From positions 1 to 64,000 of the IMG/VR virus record IMGVR_UViG_3300021197_001787: 64,000 bases of DNA; one strand, given 5' to 3'. Positions 7,558-18,800 of the stretch are shown one piece after another; position 1 is the first letter of the stretch, and every line of letters begins with the position of its first letter. Position numbers and translations under genes: made by a program. Origin of the DNA: a virus. Below the pieces are notes generated by a model, which worked only from the letters and a program-made list of their open reading frames with translations, was not told the origin of the DNA and searched no databases.

Positions 7558-8843
7558 ATATCCAGCTTTAATTTAAAAGAAATATCCTCTCCCTCTTCTT
7601 TAAGAATAGGGTTAGAGAGTGTTGCCACGCCCATCAAATTTTGATGCTCATCGTAAATGGCGACTCTAGAAATATATACTTGTCTTTTAAAATCAGAATT
7701 ATATCCCATATAACTCGATGATACCACATTAGCAATTAATTTGTTATTATTTTCTTGGTAAATAGTGGATGAAGAGATTGCCATTTTATCTTGACCATAC
7801 TTAATATACGTTGGGTTGTTGGAATAATTGACCTCACCTTTTTTTGCGTGAGCAAACATGGTTACAACTTGTGTGTCTGTTTGCCCTCTAAACGATAAAT
7901 TAAACGAAGCTGACACAAAGTTTCCGCCAGCAGTAGTTTGATTAACACCGTCTAGTGCACCAGCACCAAAATATACCCATCTAGGGTAATCGCTTGTTGA
8001 GTCATCTTTGATTGGTATGCTGTCCCCTTCAAGTTGCCAAGAACCAGTAAGCATTACAAAGCCCTCATCGTACATTATAACGCCGCCAACAGAACCAGAA
8101 CCAGTAGAGCCGGCCGGGGCAACCTGAATAAGCTCGCCATTTTGTTTAATATCTCTAAGCTCTCCTACCAGTGAGCCTGTGAAATACCACTTTAGCGAAA
8201 CTGTGCCGGGTTGAATTTTTGTGCCGTAAAATATGGATGGGATTGAAACAAGATTTATAATTTGATTGTCTTTGTCCCAATTCCACGCTAATGTTGGGTC
8301 AGGGTGCGAACCACTAGCGCGAACAAGATAGTGTTTACTAAGAGTAGAACCGTAAAAGTTTAATCTATTTTTGAGCGCAAAGTAAAAAGGGTGCAGTGGT
8401 GAACCGGTTGCAGTTCTAGTGCCGGTGTTGTCGTCAACAACAGTATCTCTTTGGCTTGGGTTAGCCATATAATAACGATGAATGGAGGCAGACATAGGAT
8501 AACTGCTCGTTATAATATCCCCATACACGAATTCATTGCTATAACTAGCGGGGCTAGCTGTTCGGAAACTAGCTTTCGCTGAATCTTTTGTTATGAATGG
8601 ATATATTGATTTTGCGGTAGAGGGTTTGCCAGGTGTTCCTCGATCTATGACACGATCAATATTGTACTCATATAAACTTATGTGGCCTTCTGGGACATTA
8701 TATACATCATGAGAAATAACGCCTGACTGTTCAGGGATGTTATTGTAAAACACGCGGCTATCAAAAACTAAGAACTCTACCCTAGGGTGAGCCCTCATAG
8801 TATTGATTATAATGTCTTTGTCCGTGAACTTCTTGAGGGACAT
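7554..8843 (-). CDS. Putative tail/baseplate structural protein (paralog of 8856-9971)
   Basis: C-terminal YISRVAIYDEHQNLMGVATLSNPILK...KLKLDI; sits at the end of the structural cluster. Confidence 0.6.
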   Translation of the reverse strand: MSLKKFTDKDIIINTMRAHPRVEFLVFDSRVFYNNIPEQSGVISHDVYNVPEGHISLYEYNIDRVIDRGTPGKPSTAKSIYPFITKDSAKASFRTASPASYSNEFVYGDIITSSYPMSASIHRYYMANPSQRDTVVDDNTGTRTATGSPLHPFYFALKNRLNFYGSTLSKHYLVRASGSHPDPTLAWNWDKDNQIINLVSIPSIFYGTKIQPGTVSLKWYFTGSLVGELRDIKQNGELIQVAPAGSTGSGSVGGVIMYDEGFVMLTGSWQLEGDSIPIKDDSTSDYPRWVYFGAGALDGVNQTTAGGNFVSASFNLSFRGQTDTQVVTMFAHAKKGEVNYSNNPTYIKYGQDKMAISSSTIYQENNNKLIANVVSSSYMGYNSDFKRQVYISRVAIYDEHQNLMGVATLSNPILKEEGEDISFKLKLDI

Positions 8844-8855
8844 AACCGCCCCTCC

Positions 8856-9971
8856 TTAGTAGTCCAACCTAACGCGGAGGGTTAATTCATTTGTTGGGTC
8901 TTTACGAAGGGGTTCAGACACCTTGGCAGTTGCAAGCAACTCGCCGGCGGCGCTATACATGCCAACTGTTGTAACATAGGAAATTGGAATATCGCTTCCA
9001 ATATTTTTAACCACAACTGCTCCACCAGATACATAGGTGGGGTTTGTACTATAGTTAAATTTGTTCCAAGGAACACGGCAGAAGAATATGTTTGAGTTAA
9101 TCTCTGTTGTGTTATTGAAAGCAATGTTCGTGATTCTATGACGTAATGCGTTACATGCGCCTGAGATAGAAGAGCCTGTAAGAGTCTGGCTGACCCCCTT
9201 AAGGTTCTGTACCAAATCGCCAATTTGTTGAGAAAAGATACCTTCTTCTGTAAGATCAACACCTGACGTTGATGTCTCAAGGCTATTCTTGAATATAGAA
9301 GCAGTTATAACAGCAATTCCAGCTTGATAGAAAATATTGCCCACACCGTTACCAGCAGGATCTTCCATCCCAACAGAACTTGTATAAAGAATACCATAGT
9401 CTCCGCCCAAAGCAGATGCGACTCCACCGGTAGAAGTAGCGTTGGAATCAGCCAGTGTCTTAACGGCGCCGGCGGTTACTGCATCTTCAATAGAGCCAGT
9501 AGCCAAAGTCATGCTAAAAGAGCCTTTCTTGATTTGATCTTTCGTCAACAATCTAGAAAAGTTTACGAAAAACACTTCAAGCATTTGATTACTGTTATCT
9601 GAGATATTTAAGTCAGCTTCAAATCTTTCGACGAACTCGCCGGTACCTTTACTATAGCCAAGTAAAACTTGCGTCATAGAATTGTACATGTTGATTTTCT
9701 TTGAATTTTGGATTGAATTGGAAGATGATAAAGGCGAAGCTTCGTCGTATCCCACTGTTAAATCAAAAATGTGGTTTGCAGAAGAACTTAAATATGGATA
9801 GTCATAAACAGACTGAAACTGGCCGTGGCTAAAGTTTTTAATATTCTCTTCAATGTACGAGCCTGTCTGGAACTTGTAAATTGTTCCAGTTATAGGAAGT
9901 GCTTCGTGAAGTAAAGTTTTAGTCGTGATGACGTCCGTACTTAAATTAAACGGTTGAAATTGATTAGGCAT
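8856..9971 (-). CDS. Putative tail/baseplate structural protein (paralog of 7554-8843)
   Basis: C-terminal YVTTVGMYSAAGELLATAKVSEPLRK...RVRLDY; shared internal G.I.Y..G motif; Ser/Thr/Gly-rich. Confidence 0.6.
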   Translation of the reverse strand: MPNQFQPFNLSTDVITTKTLLHEALPITGTIYKFQTGSYIEENIKNFSHGQFQSVYDYPYLSSSANHIFDLTVGYDEASPLSSSNSIQNSKKINMYNSMTQVLLGYSKGTGEFVERFEADLNISDNSNQMLEVFFVNFSRLLTKDQIKKGSFSMTLATGSIEDAVTAGAVKTLADSNATSTGGVASALGGDYGILYTSSVGMEDPAGNGVGNIFYQAGIAVITASIFKNSLETSTSGVDLTEEGIFSQQIGDLVQNLKGVSQTLTGSSISGACNALRHRITNIAFNNTTEINSNIFFCRVPWNKFNYSTNPTYVSGGAVVVKNIGSDIPISYVTTVGMYSAAGELLATAKVSEPLRKDPTNELTLRVRLDY

Positions 9972-9983
9972 TAGGGAACTCCA

Positions 9984-11015
9984 TTATACTTTCCTTGTTA
10001 TTCTAATTGGGATGTGAACGGTGACGCCCGATGTTTTTCCAACAGCGTACACTGTCGTGTCTATATAATCGTAGGTGTTACCATCACCAAATAAATCTTG
10101 GCCGGTCTTTCCATGAAGGGCGTATTTGGCCGAACTTGAAATTAAATCTGTGTGTACATGAAAGTGCAAAAGTGCAATGACGCCGCTAGGTCCATTGATC
10201 ATAGAATAAACGTCGTTGCTGCTAGCACCGTCTTTCAGCGCCGAAACTTGTGTAACAATAGAGGGTACGATGGCTGTGCCATAATTTGCAACTCCAATCC
10301 TGTTAACACCGGGTCGTGCGACCTCACCTCGGGCGACCTGCAGGGTGGCTTCACCAGTTTCTGTAACACTCCACATGGAGGTACCCGGGTTAATACCGCC
10401 GACTCCTATTAAAAATCTTGTGTCCATTGATATGTCAAAGTTTGAGTCTAGGAGGCCCTGATCGGTTAGGAACGTTTGCTTGTTTGTACGGCCGACTGTA
10501 CGAGGTGGATCAGCATTAATAGAATCGATACCAGTTTCAATATAAATCGCGGTGGTCGCACTACCGGGAGTTTGATAATAAGTAGAGCCGGCATCACTGC
10601 CAAAATCTGTGTTGAGTGCACTCAATAGCGCAGCGCCCGTAGTGTCGCTAGAACCAATATAATAAACACTGCCGCTGGTTCTTTGAATGGAAGGACCTTC
10701 TACATCAATTGTCTTGTTCCACACTTTTAACGATGGCATATAAAGTAAATTCATATTACCGTTAAAACTAACCAAGCCATAATTGATATTGGCGTTTGAC
10801 GAAGCAAATGCCTCCAATACCGGTGTTTGTAAAATCTCTAAATCATAATATGCCGACCCCGAAGGGTGGTTTTTATTATAAATTCTATAATCAATCTCGT
10901 CGTCGCCCAATGCAAATTGAGTAATTCTAAAATTACCCTCTGCCATTCTCTTACGACCCAAATCTGTTAAAACAGCGTCAAGTACTATGTCGCCGCTATT
11001 GTCTAAAAAAGCCAT
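9984..11015 (-). CDS. Putative tail/baseplate structural protein
   Basis: N-terminal MAFLDNSGDIVLDAVLTDLGRKRMAEGNFRITQFALGDDEIDY, shared with 19667-20701. Confidence 0.6.
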   Translation of the reverse strand: MAFLDNSGDIVLDAVLTDLGRKRMAEGNFRITQFALGDDEIDYRIYNKNHPSGSAYYDLEILQTPVLEAFASSNANINYGLVSFNGNMNLLYMPSLKVWNKTIDVEGPSIQRTSGSVYYIGSSDTTGAALLSALNTDFGSDAGSTYYQTPGSATTAIYIETGIDSINADPPRTVGRTNKQTFLTDQGLLDSNFDISMDTRFLIGVGGINPGTSMWSVTETGEATLQVARGEVARPGVNRIGVANYGTAIVPSIVTQVSALKDGASSNDVYSMINGPSGVIALLHFHVHTDLISSSAKYALHGKTGQDLFGDGNTYDYIDTTVYAVGKTSGVTVHIPIRITRKV

Positions 11016-11034
11016 CTATTTTCCTCTCTCCTGA

Positions 11035-11041
11035 TAAATAG
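11035..11041 (-). promoter_or_regulatory. CTAWTTA motif (candidate late promoter)
   Basis: CTATTTA in a 42-nt gap, 19 nt upstream of the 11015 start. Confidence 0.55.
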
Positions 11042-11057
11042 TAGTGAAAATTGTTTA

Positions 11058-13766
11058 TCACCTTGTCAATTTGTAAGTAATGTTTAAATCAAATTTTTTG
11101 CCAGTCTTTTTGGAAGTCAATCTAATTTTAAACCTTTTGTCCCATAAATTCTCGTCGGCCAAGCCAACTTTAATCTTTTCTTTTTGACTATAAGCCGGTA
11201 AAGAATAATCAACCTCGCCATCATCAAATAACAAGTGTTGTAAATTAGGAACAATATTAATTAGTTTTTTAAACGATTTAGTTGTGTTAATAAATTTATC
11301 TTCAACTAAATTATATGGATATATAATATCAAAAATTGGATACAAATATCCGCCATCATTAATTAATTCAGCAACATATATAGGGCTGAAGTGGCCCGGC
11401 TCGTAACGTTCACTTAAAAATCTCATAGCGTAATAGTATTTTTTATTAGTTTTAATTGTATCATAATAAATAAAGTCTGTGAAGACCGGCATGTCTTTTA
11501 ATATTGCGCTTTGCTCACTGAGGCCTTCTCTATGTACAGCTATATCGGCTTTTCCTAAGTTATTGGCTAAATCTTGCATAAAAATATTTTTGTTTTCAAA
11601 GTCAGAATAACTTGTTGGTCTAATATCAGTTCGATAAATTTCAACATATCTGGCGCTCGCCACAGATTCAGATTCAACTTCTGAATTCTCTAAAAGGCTG
11701 TTGGAGACTAGGTATTCATTCTTGCCTTGCGTTTCTACAATAGTCATTGTGTTCGGGTAGGGCAAGTTTTCAAAAGTTCGATATTCTATATCAAAACCGA
11801 TGCGTTGTGAATTATCTTTAACACCAAACGGCTGCGCTGCAGCAGCATTGGCTGGATGATCCATGATTCTGATAGTTTTACTACCAATTGGTATTTCAAT
11901 AAGTTTTACTGATGGTTGTATAGACAGATTCATATCCGCAAGGTACTTATAGTTTTCGCTTGCGACTTGAGCATCAGTTGCAAAATCATTTTCAAGGGCG
12001 CGAGCAGCGCGACTGTCCTTTACTAATTTATTTTTGCGTTCATTTGTCTCAGGATCATAAAATTCAAGGCAATATAAAGCGTTTTGACCTTCAACGGTGA
12101 GATCTGATATTACTTTCGTAATTCTTAAATCACTAGCTTGGTATCTGAATCCATTAACAATAGTATATGCATAGATGTTATACGTGTATTCTTCTCCATA
12201 TTTAACTTGGGTGTCTAGGAATTCACTCATATTAAAATTAGTTGAATTAAATATATAGAAATTTTGCAGCACGTTCTGGGTATTGGAATCCCCAAGGGTC
12301 GGCCCACCAATTTTTTCAATACGAAACGCAATTGTTTCGGTATTTTTGGGTATTCTGGCGGATTCGTAATATGGGCTTTTAATTTGCTCTAAGTAAGTAT
12401 CATCATCAACGTAGTCGATGTAACTAGCTAAAGCATTTGTGCTGGCAATAGTGTTTAAGTGGCGATAATCACCCACCTTGTCGTACAGCGCTCGGCGGGA
12501 TAAAGTGTTCATGTTACCAACACAATAAAAATCATCAGTTTTACTAATATAATTTGTTCGCATATCGTTCAGAATGTCTCCCATATCAACTAAATTTAAA
12601 TCTAAATTATAAAATTTATTTGTTTCTTGTTGTGGGTTTATATGTTCAGTCTCTTGAACATTAAATGTAGCCATAGTCGGTGTTATATCAGATAAATTAT
12701 CAACAAAAACTTCTTTTAACGTTAATAAAAGCTTGCCAGAAGCATCATTCTCGGCAACATTGTCAGTAATATGGCCGCCGCCTAATGGCGGAAGTTTGAT
12801 TTTTGCGTACATAGGTAAAGCAGCTTTGTTTTTTTGCAACTCAGTAAACTGTTCTGACATTGATTCTTTATCAAACAAGATGTTCTTAAGTTTATTTTTA
12901 ACAGACGAGATTGTTGAAGAAGACAAGTTGGTTCTACCTATCCAATTGTGATATTTTTTTATGCCAAATGTTTCTGTCATAAACGAAAAAGTTGCAGGAG
13001 TAGAAGACATCATTTCAAGATAATCTTGATTGGTATTGAACAGATTTGTATATACATTTGCACCCCAATAACTTTCACGACTTACAAAATTAACCATGTC
13101 AGGGTTGCACTGTGAATATGCATACTCGTTTAAATCAACAGCTGGTTGTTCTTCAGAAGAATTGTATAAATCGTCGATTGAACTTACTGTTTGTAATATA
13201 TAACCGTTAGGAAGCAATAAGACATCATCTACATTAGCAGTCCAATCTTCATAATCTTTATAATAGTGGTTGTAGTCATAACTAATATCAAATTTTGAAA
13301 ACGAATCATAATTTTCAAGATTTGCTTGTCTCAATCTTAAAATATCAAACGGGATTTCATAGTTAAACCAATGATCAGCAAATTCTTCGCCAGTGTAAAT
13401 GCCACCATACGTTTGATTGTTAAATTCACCACCGGAAAGATACTTTTTCCAATGTTCGTCATTTTTAATTAATGCATTGTTCCCATATAATCTTATTGGA
13501 TATTTTATTATCGGCTGTACAACTTTAGAAGAATAAACTACATCTCTAATTACATTTTCGTCAAACTGATCTTTATGAACAAAATCAATGTATGGGTTTA
13601 AATCACTTGGATTTAATGAATCTGATTCTTGAATCTCATATTGCTGACCTCTTTGAGAAGAGCTAACGTTGTGCCAAGCACCCCCCAGGGCAGATTTTAA
13701 TGTATCGGATGAACCCGAAATAAGATTTGGATCTAAGATCTTAAGTTTTCTAGAATAATAACTCAT
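11058..13766 (-). CDS. Large putative virion protein (902 aa) with FN3/Ig-like segments
   Basis: DTQVKYGEEYTYNIYAY and DTIKTNKKYYYAMRF resemble FN3 strand patterns; structural context. Confidence 0.5.
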   Translation of the reverse strand: MSYYSRKLKILDPNLISGSSDTLKSALGGAWHNVSSSQRGQQYEIQESDSLNPSDLNPYIDFVHKDQFDENVIRDVVYSSKVVQPIIKYPIRLYGNNALIKNDEHWKKYLSGGEFNNQTYGGIYTGEEFADHWFNYEIPFDILRLRQANLENYDSFSKFDISYDYNHYYKDYEDWTANVDDVLLLPNGYILQTVSSIDDLYNSSEEQPAVDLNEYAYSQCNPDMVNFVSRESYWGANVYTNLFNTNQDYLEMMSSTPATFSFMTETFGIKKYHNWIGRTNLSSSTISSVKNKLKNILFDKESMSEQFTELQKNKAALPMYAKIKLPPLGGGHITDNVAENDASGKLLLTLKEVFVDNLSDITPTMATFNVQETEHINPQQETNKFYNLDLNLVDMGDILNDMRTNYISKTDDFYCVGNMNTLSRRALYDKVGDYRHLNTIASTNALASYIDYVDDDTYLEQIKSPYYESARIPKNTETIAFRIEKIGGPTLGDSNTQNVLQNFYIFNSTNFNMSEFLDTQVKYGEEYTYNIYAYTIVNGFRYQASDLRITKVISDLTVEGQNALYCLEFYDPETNERKNKLVKDSRAARALENDFATDAQVASENYKYLADMNLSIQPSVKLIEIPIGSKTIRIMDHPANAAAAQPFGVKDNSQRIGFDIEYRTFENLPYPNTMTIVETQGKNEYLVSNSLLENSEVESESVASARYVEIYRTDIRPTSYSDFENKNIFMQDLANNLGKADIAVHREGLSEQSAILKDMPVFTDFIYYDTIKTNKKYYYAMRFLSERYEPGHFSPIYVAELINDGGYLYPIFDIIYPYNLVEDKFINTTKSFKKLINIVPNLQHLLFDDGEVDYSLPAYSQKEKIKVGLADENLWDKRFKIRLTSKKTGKKFDLNITYKLTR

Positions 13767-15202
13767 CAGTAACTACCTCCGCCACCGCCGCCGCCACCGC
13801 CGCCTGTGGTGCTACCGCCCATGCCACCACCCGTGGCGCCGCCGGTGTCGCCTGAAAAGGGCACTGATGTTACCGAGGTGTCACCGCCGTAACCAGTGTA
13901 ACGATCATCAACAAAACCACCCGATGGAAGCGAGGGGTCGGTGTACGACTCTCCTGAAAATGGGTCAACATGGCCCGATGGATAATAACCAGAAGTAGCG
14001 CGTTCTTCAGTAGTTGTGTCAAGCAATCTTTTGGTTACAACAGTGCTTTGTTGTACAGCAAGGTTAGTAGGAGTTATTTGTTCATTCGATAATTGATTCA
14101 TTTTAACAGTTTTGAATGTATACGCGCTCTCAATATAAGTTGACGTTAGAAATTGTGCCATTCCCATATAAATATTATTTAAAACAGTTCCCAAAAGAGG
14201 TGAAGAAGGAGATTTTCCAAATCGTCTCAAAAGGCCTTCTCGTTCTAGAATATTGTAGCTAATTTCAAACTCGTTTTCTCTAGCAACCTGTCTTGCTTTG
14301 TATACGGAAACTAATCTTGACTCATGATATTTGCTGAAAAGGCCTTGACTCTCGGTTAAGGAATCATCCTCAAAAAGTGTATATTCTTCTAAATCAATTT
14401 TTAATTTATCAATCATATATGAATCCCAGACAACCTCAAGAGAAAGTACTTCGCTAGCCTGACTGACTCGTTGGATCATCTCTTCTGTGTTTAATACAGC
14501 AATTACCGGAGTAAGGTTCGTCTCTCTAATTTCTCCGTAAAGTGGATCATAATAAGACCACCCAAAGTTGGTGGCCGATTCCACATAGTAGTGCCTATAA
14601 TCTTCGCCGTATTTTTCTATAAAATCGCGGCGTAAGGATAGGCCGCGGTTACCGTCTTGGGCTGCAGCTTTAGAAAATGGCATACAATATCTCACACCAT
14701 CTCTTGAGACGACTACAACACTTTTTTGTGTTGTGGGAGTGCCACCATCGGCTGTGTCATAGCCTGAATAGTTTTTGTGTTCACATTTCCAATATTCTCC
14801 GTATGGATCGGCATCGTTTGTTGATACTGAAACCATAATAGGTGGGTTTCCGATGGGGTAATAGGTTATAGCCATTTTAACATCGTTATTGGCCAGACTA
14901 TTATAGACTGTATTTTTAGTTGAGCCAATGGCAACCGAGCTATTTGTCCGGACGTCAAAAACTCCTAACAAGTCATCTGTTGACATTGCTACAAGTGGCG
15001 TAAATGTTTCAGTATTGTATCCAGTAATTGCATATGAACCTTGGCCCATTATATTTGTTGAAGACGGATCAGTCGTCATAACACCGGCCGCGGCACCGTA
15101 TTGAGCTTCGGCGACAGTCATTTCAGGACTGCTATCAATATCACCTGTTTGTAAGGTTAATGTTGCAAATGCTAAGCCGGTGTCTGTTGCTTCATCACCC
15201 AT
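13766..15202 (-). CDS. Putative virion protein (478 aa) with Gly-rich C-terminus
   Basis: Long ORF coupled to its neighbours; ends GGATGGGMGGSTTGGGGGGGGGGSY. Confidence 0.6.
   Translation of the reverse strand: MGDEATDTGLAFATLTLQTGDIDSSPEMTVAEAQYGAAAGVMTTDPSSTNIMGQGSYAITGYNTETFTPLVAMSTDDLLGVFDVRTNSSVAIGSTKNTVYNSLANNDVKMAITYYPIGNPPIMVSVSTNDADPYGEYWKCEHKNYSGYDTADGGTPTTQKSVVVVSRDGVRYCMPFSKAAAQDGNRGLSLRRDFIEKYGEDYRHYYVESATNFGWSYYDPLYGEIRETNLTPVIAVLNTEEMIQRVSQASEVLSLEVVWDSYMIDKLKIDLEEYTLFEDDSLTESQGLFSKYHESRLVSVYKARQVARENEFEISYNILEREGLLRRFGKSPSSPLLGTVLNNIYMGMAQFLTSTYIESAYTFKTVKMNQLSNEQITPTNLAVQQSTVVTKRLLDTTTEERATSGYYPSGHVDPFSGESYTDPSLPSGGFVDDRYTGYGGDTSVTSVPFSGDTGGATGGGMGGSTTGGGGGGGGGGSY
13775..13804 (-). 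repeat. GGN codon run encoding 10 glycines
   Basis: ccgccaccgccgccgccaccgccgcc on the plus strand. Confidence 0.8.
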
Positions 15203-15203
15203 A

Positions 15204-15857
15204 TTAAATACCCTGCTTGTTCATAATAATTTTAAACTGCGGATCCATGATCCTTGTGGAAATCATTTTTTGTTGTTTGATTATTTCATTTGTAAGTTTT
15301 ACAACATTTTTCTTGGAGACTTTTTCATTTCTTATCTTATGACCTCTTTCAAAATCCGTCATTCTATCATCAGGTTTAAAAATATTTGAAACTCCTCCTG
15401 ATATTTTAGATGGAGATAAATACATCTCATCTATTCTTACAAATTTTGTACTAGTGAGTTTTATATCTTGACTTTTTTTATCAAATATTTTAGCATTAGG
15501 TATCCTTGTCATGTCTGTTTCTACTTTTAATAAAGAAAAGTCAGCTTGTATTTTTGATCTGTTCATATCAGGCGAGCGAGGATTTGGCTGAACCATGACA
15601 TCCTGAATAACCCCAACTCCTAATGATGAAAGTATATCCATAGCATCATCTTTGGGCGAGTTGTCCAAGGAGGCAACACCTAAAATGCCTTTATCGGCGA
15701 ATAAATTGCGTGAATCTTTCAAATTTTGAACATTTTGATTTGCGCCGCCAGTTCTTTTGCAACCCGGAACATACGTTTTATTATAAGTTGCACCGGTGGT
15801 ACTGCCCACGTTTTTTTGGGCGCTTGAGAGTTGTTTCGCTGTTACTTGTCTTGGCAT
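15204..15857 (-). CDS. Hypothetical basic protein (217 aa)
   Basis: ORF fills the gap; AAGGA SD and CTAATTA motif upstream. Confidence 0.7.
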   Translation of the reverse strand: MPRQVTAKQLSSAQKNVGSTTGATYNKTYVPGCKRTGGANQNVQNLKDSRNLFADKGILGVASLDNSPKDDAMDILSSLGVGVIQDVMVQPNPRSPDMNRSKIQADFSLLKVETDMTRIPNAKIFDKKSQDIKLTSTKFVRIDEMYLSPSKISGGVSNIFKPDDRMTDFERGHKIRNEKVSKKNVVKLTNEIIKQQKMISTRIMDPQFKIIMNKQGI

Positions 15858-15870
15858 AATAATCCTTATT

Positions 15871-15877
15871 TAATTAG
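15871..15877 (-). promoter_or_regulatory. CTAWTTA motif (candidate late promoter)
   Basis: CTAATTA in a 42-nt gap, 13 nt upstream of the 15857 start. Confidence 0.55.
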
Positions 15878-15899
15878 TAGTCTGTAAGGTTTCTGTGTC

Positions 15900-18800
15900 T
15901 TATGACCCGATATCCGATTCTCTAGTGGTTGAACCTTCCGTAAATGCGTCCATTTCACTCTCAGTTTCTTGTGCTGCGGTGTCACTAGTGTTATAGCCTC
16001 TCTTAAATTGTTCATAAGCTGAAACTTCAGCTTGGTCGCCACCTTGGTAAGCGCTGTCTCTGGGCCCACCACCACCACCTGATCGAGCGTCTGATAACCA
16101 ATCGTTATAAGTTTTATATCCTCTAATAGTATCAAAACCGGGGAGACGTTGTTCATAACCCTCATCTGGTGCATGCTCGTATCTTAATCTATCTTTTAGC
16201 TCAGTCTGGCGTTCCCTATATAGTTTGCCGGCGCCGCTGGGCGAGCCGGCATAACCACCGTATTCGCGTCGTCCTGTATCCAGTTCAACGTACTCCATGT
16301 GCGCTTGGCCGTATCCTGTATGAACCTCGGTGTCCGCGGCCTGCAATTCCTCGTCCGGATCCCATCTGAAATCACTTTCTCTGAACCTGTATGCTCTTTT
16401 AATATATCTACAATAACCTTTGCTTTTTTCTTTATCGCGTCTATAATTGGAAAAATATGTTGGTTCGCCGTATTTTTCAACGTCATACCAGCCAACAACA
16501 TCGTCTTCTTTGTAAGGGTCGACCCAAACATATCCGTATTTGAAATTTGCTATCCCCATGGGATCAATATCACTAAATTCTTCATCTACAACGTCATAAT
16601 CCTGTTCTTGTAACGATTCCTGACCGTGTGCGGAAAAATCTACCTTACCCGCCCAAGCATCCCACCACCATACATATTGGCAGCCCGAACTATATTTTAC
16701 TCTATCATATTCGTATTGAATTTTTTCTTCGTAAAGCGCTGAACGTTCAGCAAACAATTTTTTAATGTCTTCTTCAGTCTGAGCCTTGGCCGCGGCTACA
16801 GCTTCAGCATATGCATCTGACGCAGATTGGTATCTGCTCCTTTCCGAATTTATTGTACTTATAAACGCATCGCGAGATGATTCACTTTGATTAGCAAAGG
16901 TCATCTCTGTTACCTTGTGACTTATTTTTTGCGTTATCGGCATAGGCGTGGCAAAGCGATAATCACCATCGACACTAAAGCCATAGGTGGCTAATCTATT
17001 ACCAATAACTGATGATTGTGAATAATAGTTAGAGTACAAATCTACAAAATTGTTGTAAAAAGCTTTTAATTGTTCAAGGGTGCCGGTGCGTGGAGAGATT
17101 TTTTGTACTAGATCTCTAGCTGCCAACAACATTTGAGTTTGATCTCCATTATATTTATTAGTCAGAAAGTCAATGTGTTTAATATACACTGTCGGGCAGA
17201 AGACATATGGAGCGCCGGCCGGATTTGCAGAGTATCTTGCTTCCATAGATTCGGCAAAAAAATCATTGAAAACTCCATCAATATTGTTATAGCTACACTC
17301 AAGTTCTGCATCAACAATATAATCACGTAAGGCTATAGCTAGATAATAATAATGACCGATAAGGTTGACTAAAGACATTTTGGTATTGTCTACAACAGTG
17401 ACTTCATACTCGTACGTATCAATAACACCCTTATCGTGATCAGTCAAAGTTGCTTGTTGATCAATATTTTGAAACTCAAAGGCCATCATCCTGTTATTGG
17501 TGTCAGAAACAGCTTGAGGGCCAAGATAATCCATATTTCTTTCAGTTAGGTAGTGTTGAAAAAGATGGCCAACTTTGTCTGTAATTTTTTCAGGGTACGA
17601 CGCTAATGTTATTTCTTGACCTTCCGGGCCAGATCGGCGTTCAACTGTACCAAGCCTGTAGTCTGGGTTGTACGTAAGATTTGTGCCGGCCGGACTATCA
17701 CTAGTCGCCATATTTTTTGTGTATATCAGTATAGGCGACGAATCATCAGCATGGGTGGCAGCAACTTTATCAATAGGGTCATCGTCGCCCACTGTTACTG
17801 GCATATATTTTTGTAAAATTGCTTTTTTGGGAATAAAATATCTTTGCACCAAATCATACCCAAAGTGTTTTAAAAATCTTTTAACATCAACAAATTGAGC
17901 TAAGAAAGAATTATTAATGACATGTGATTCCCAATCATATAAGAAGTATCCAAATGAAATACTATATTCTTCTTTCGCGAAATAGTTTGTTGATAATAAG
18001 CCATTCCACTCTTCATTCTCAAGGACAACAGTTTGTCGACCTAAAATAGAATCAACGTAGATAATAAACTGACCATCCTCATTCACTTCAAAATTATATT
18101 CTAAATTACCAGCAGCTGTATTTCTTCCTTCAATCGCCCTTAGATCATCCATTTCCCCCAAACCAATGGTGCTAAAGCCAGCAAAACCATCAACTCCCAA
18201 GACATCTTCTAAAGATTGTCTGTATGAGGGTTCGTTGGTCCACTGTATTGTTCTCCCAAGATTGAAATTCTTTAATAAAAGATCTCCACTGAGTGGAGTA
18301 TACGTTGGCAAGGTATAAGAACCAATTGCAAATTCTCTCATATCAATTATTTTTGCATTAATTGTAAGTTTTCTTGTTAAAGCAGTTCCACTATTAACAA
18401 CTTCGTCTGCCCTTTTTAAAAGTTGGCCAACATCGTTGTAAAAAGCACCAGTAATTGTGCCACTTGAGCGGTTCATTATTGTATTTCTTGCAGATTTTAA
18501 TTGAGGTAAAATATCAATTTTTTCTTTATACTCTTGCAATGCGTATGAAAAAGTGTCTATTGAAGCAGACAGTTCCGGATTCATTCCGTCATCATCTTCA
18601 CGACCGGGCGGCCGCAAAGCCGCATATTTATCAATTAGCTGGGTAAACTTACTAACAATATCAGAATGTGTCGTAGCATCTGCTTTATGATAAGAGCCAT
18701 CTAAAGCTTGCAGGGGAGTTTCTGAATATATCTCACTGTTATTATCAAAATAACTATATTCTAATTGTGAACTTACGTCGCCTTCACTTAACACTTTTTC

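Noticed and set aside
13775-13804. Poly-Gly codon run as a contingency locus or diversity-generating-retroelement target
   Set aside because: Mixed GGC/GGT/GGA codons rather than a pure slippage tract; no template repeat or reverse transcriptase in the window
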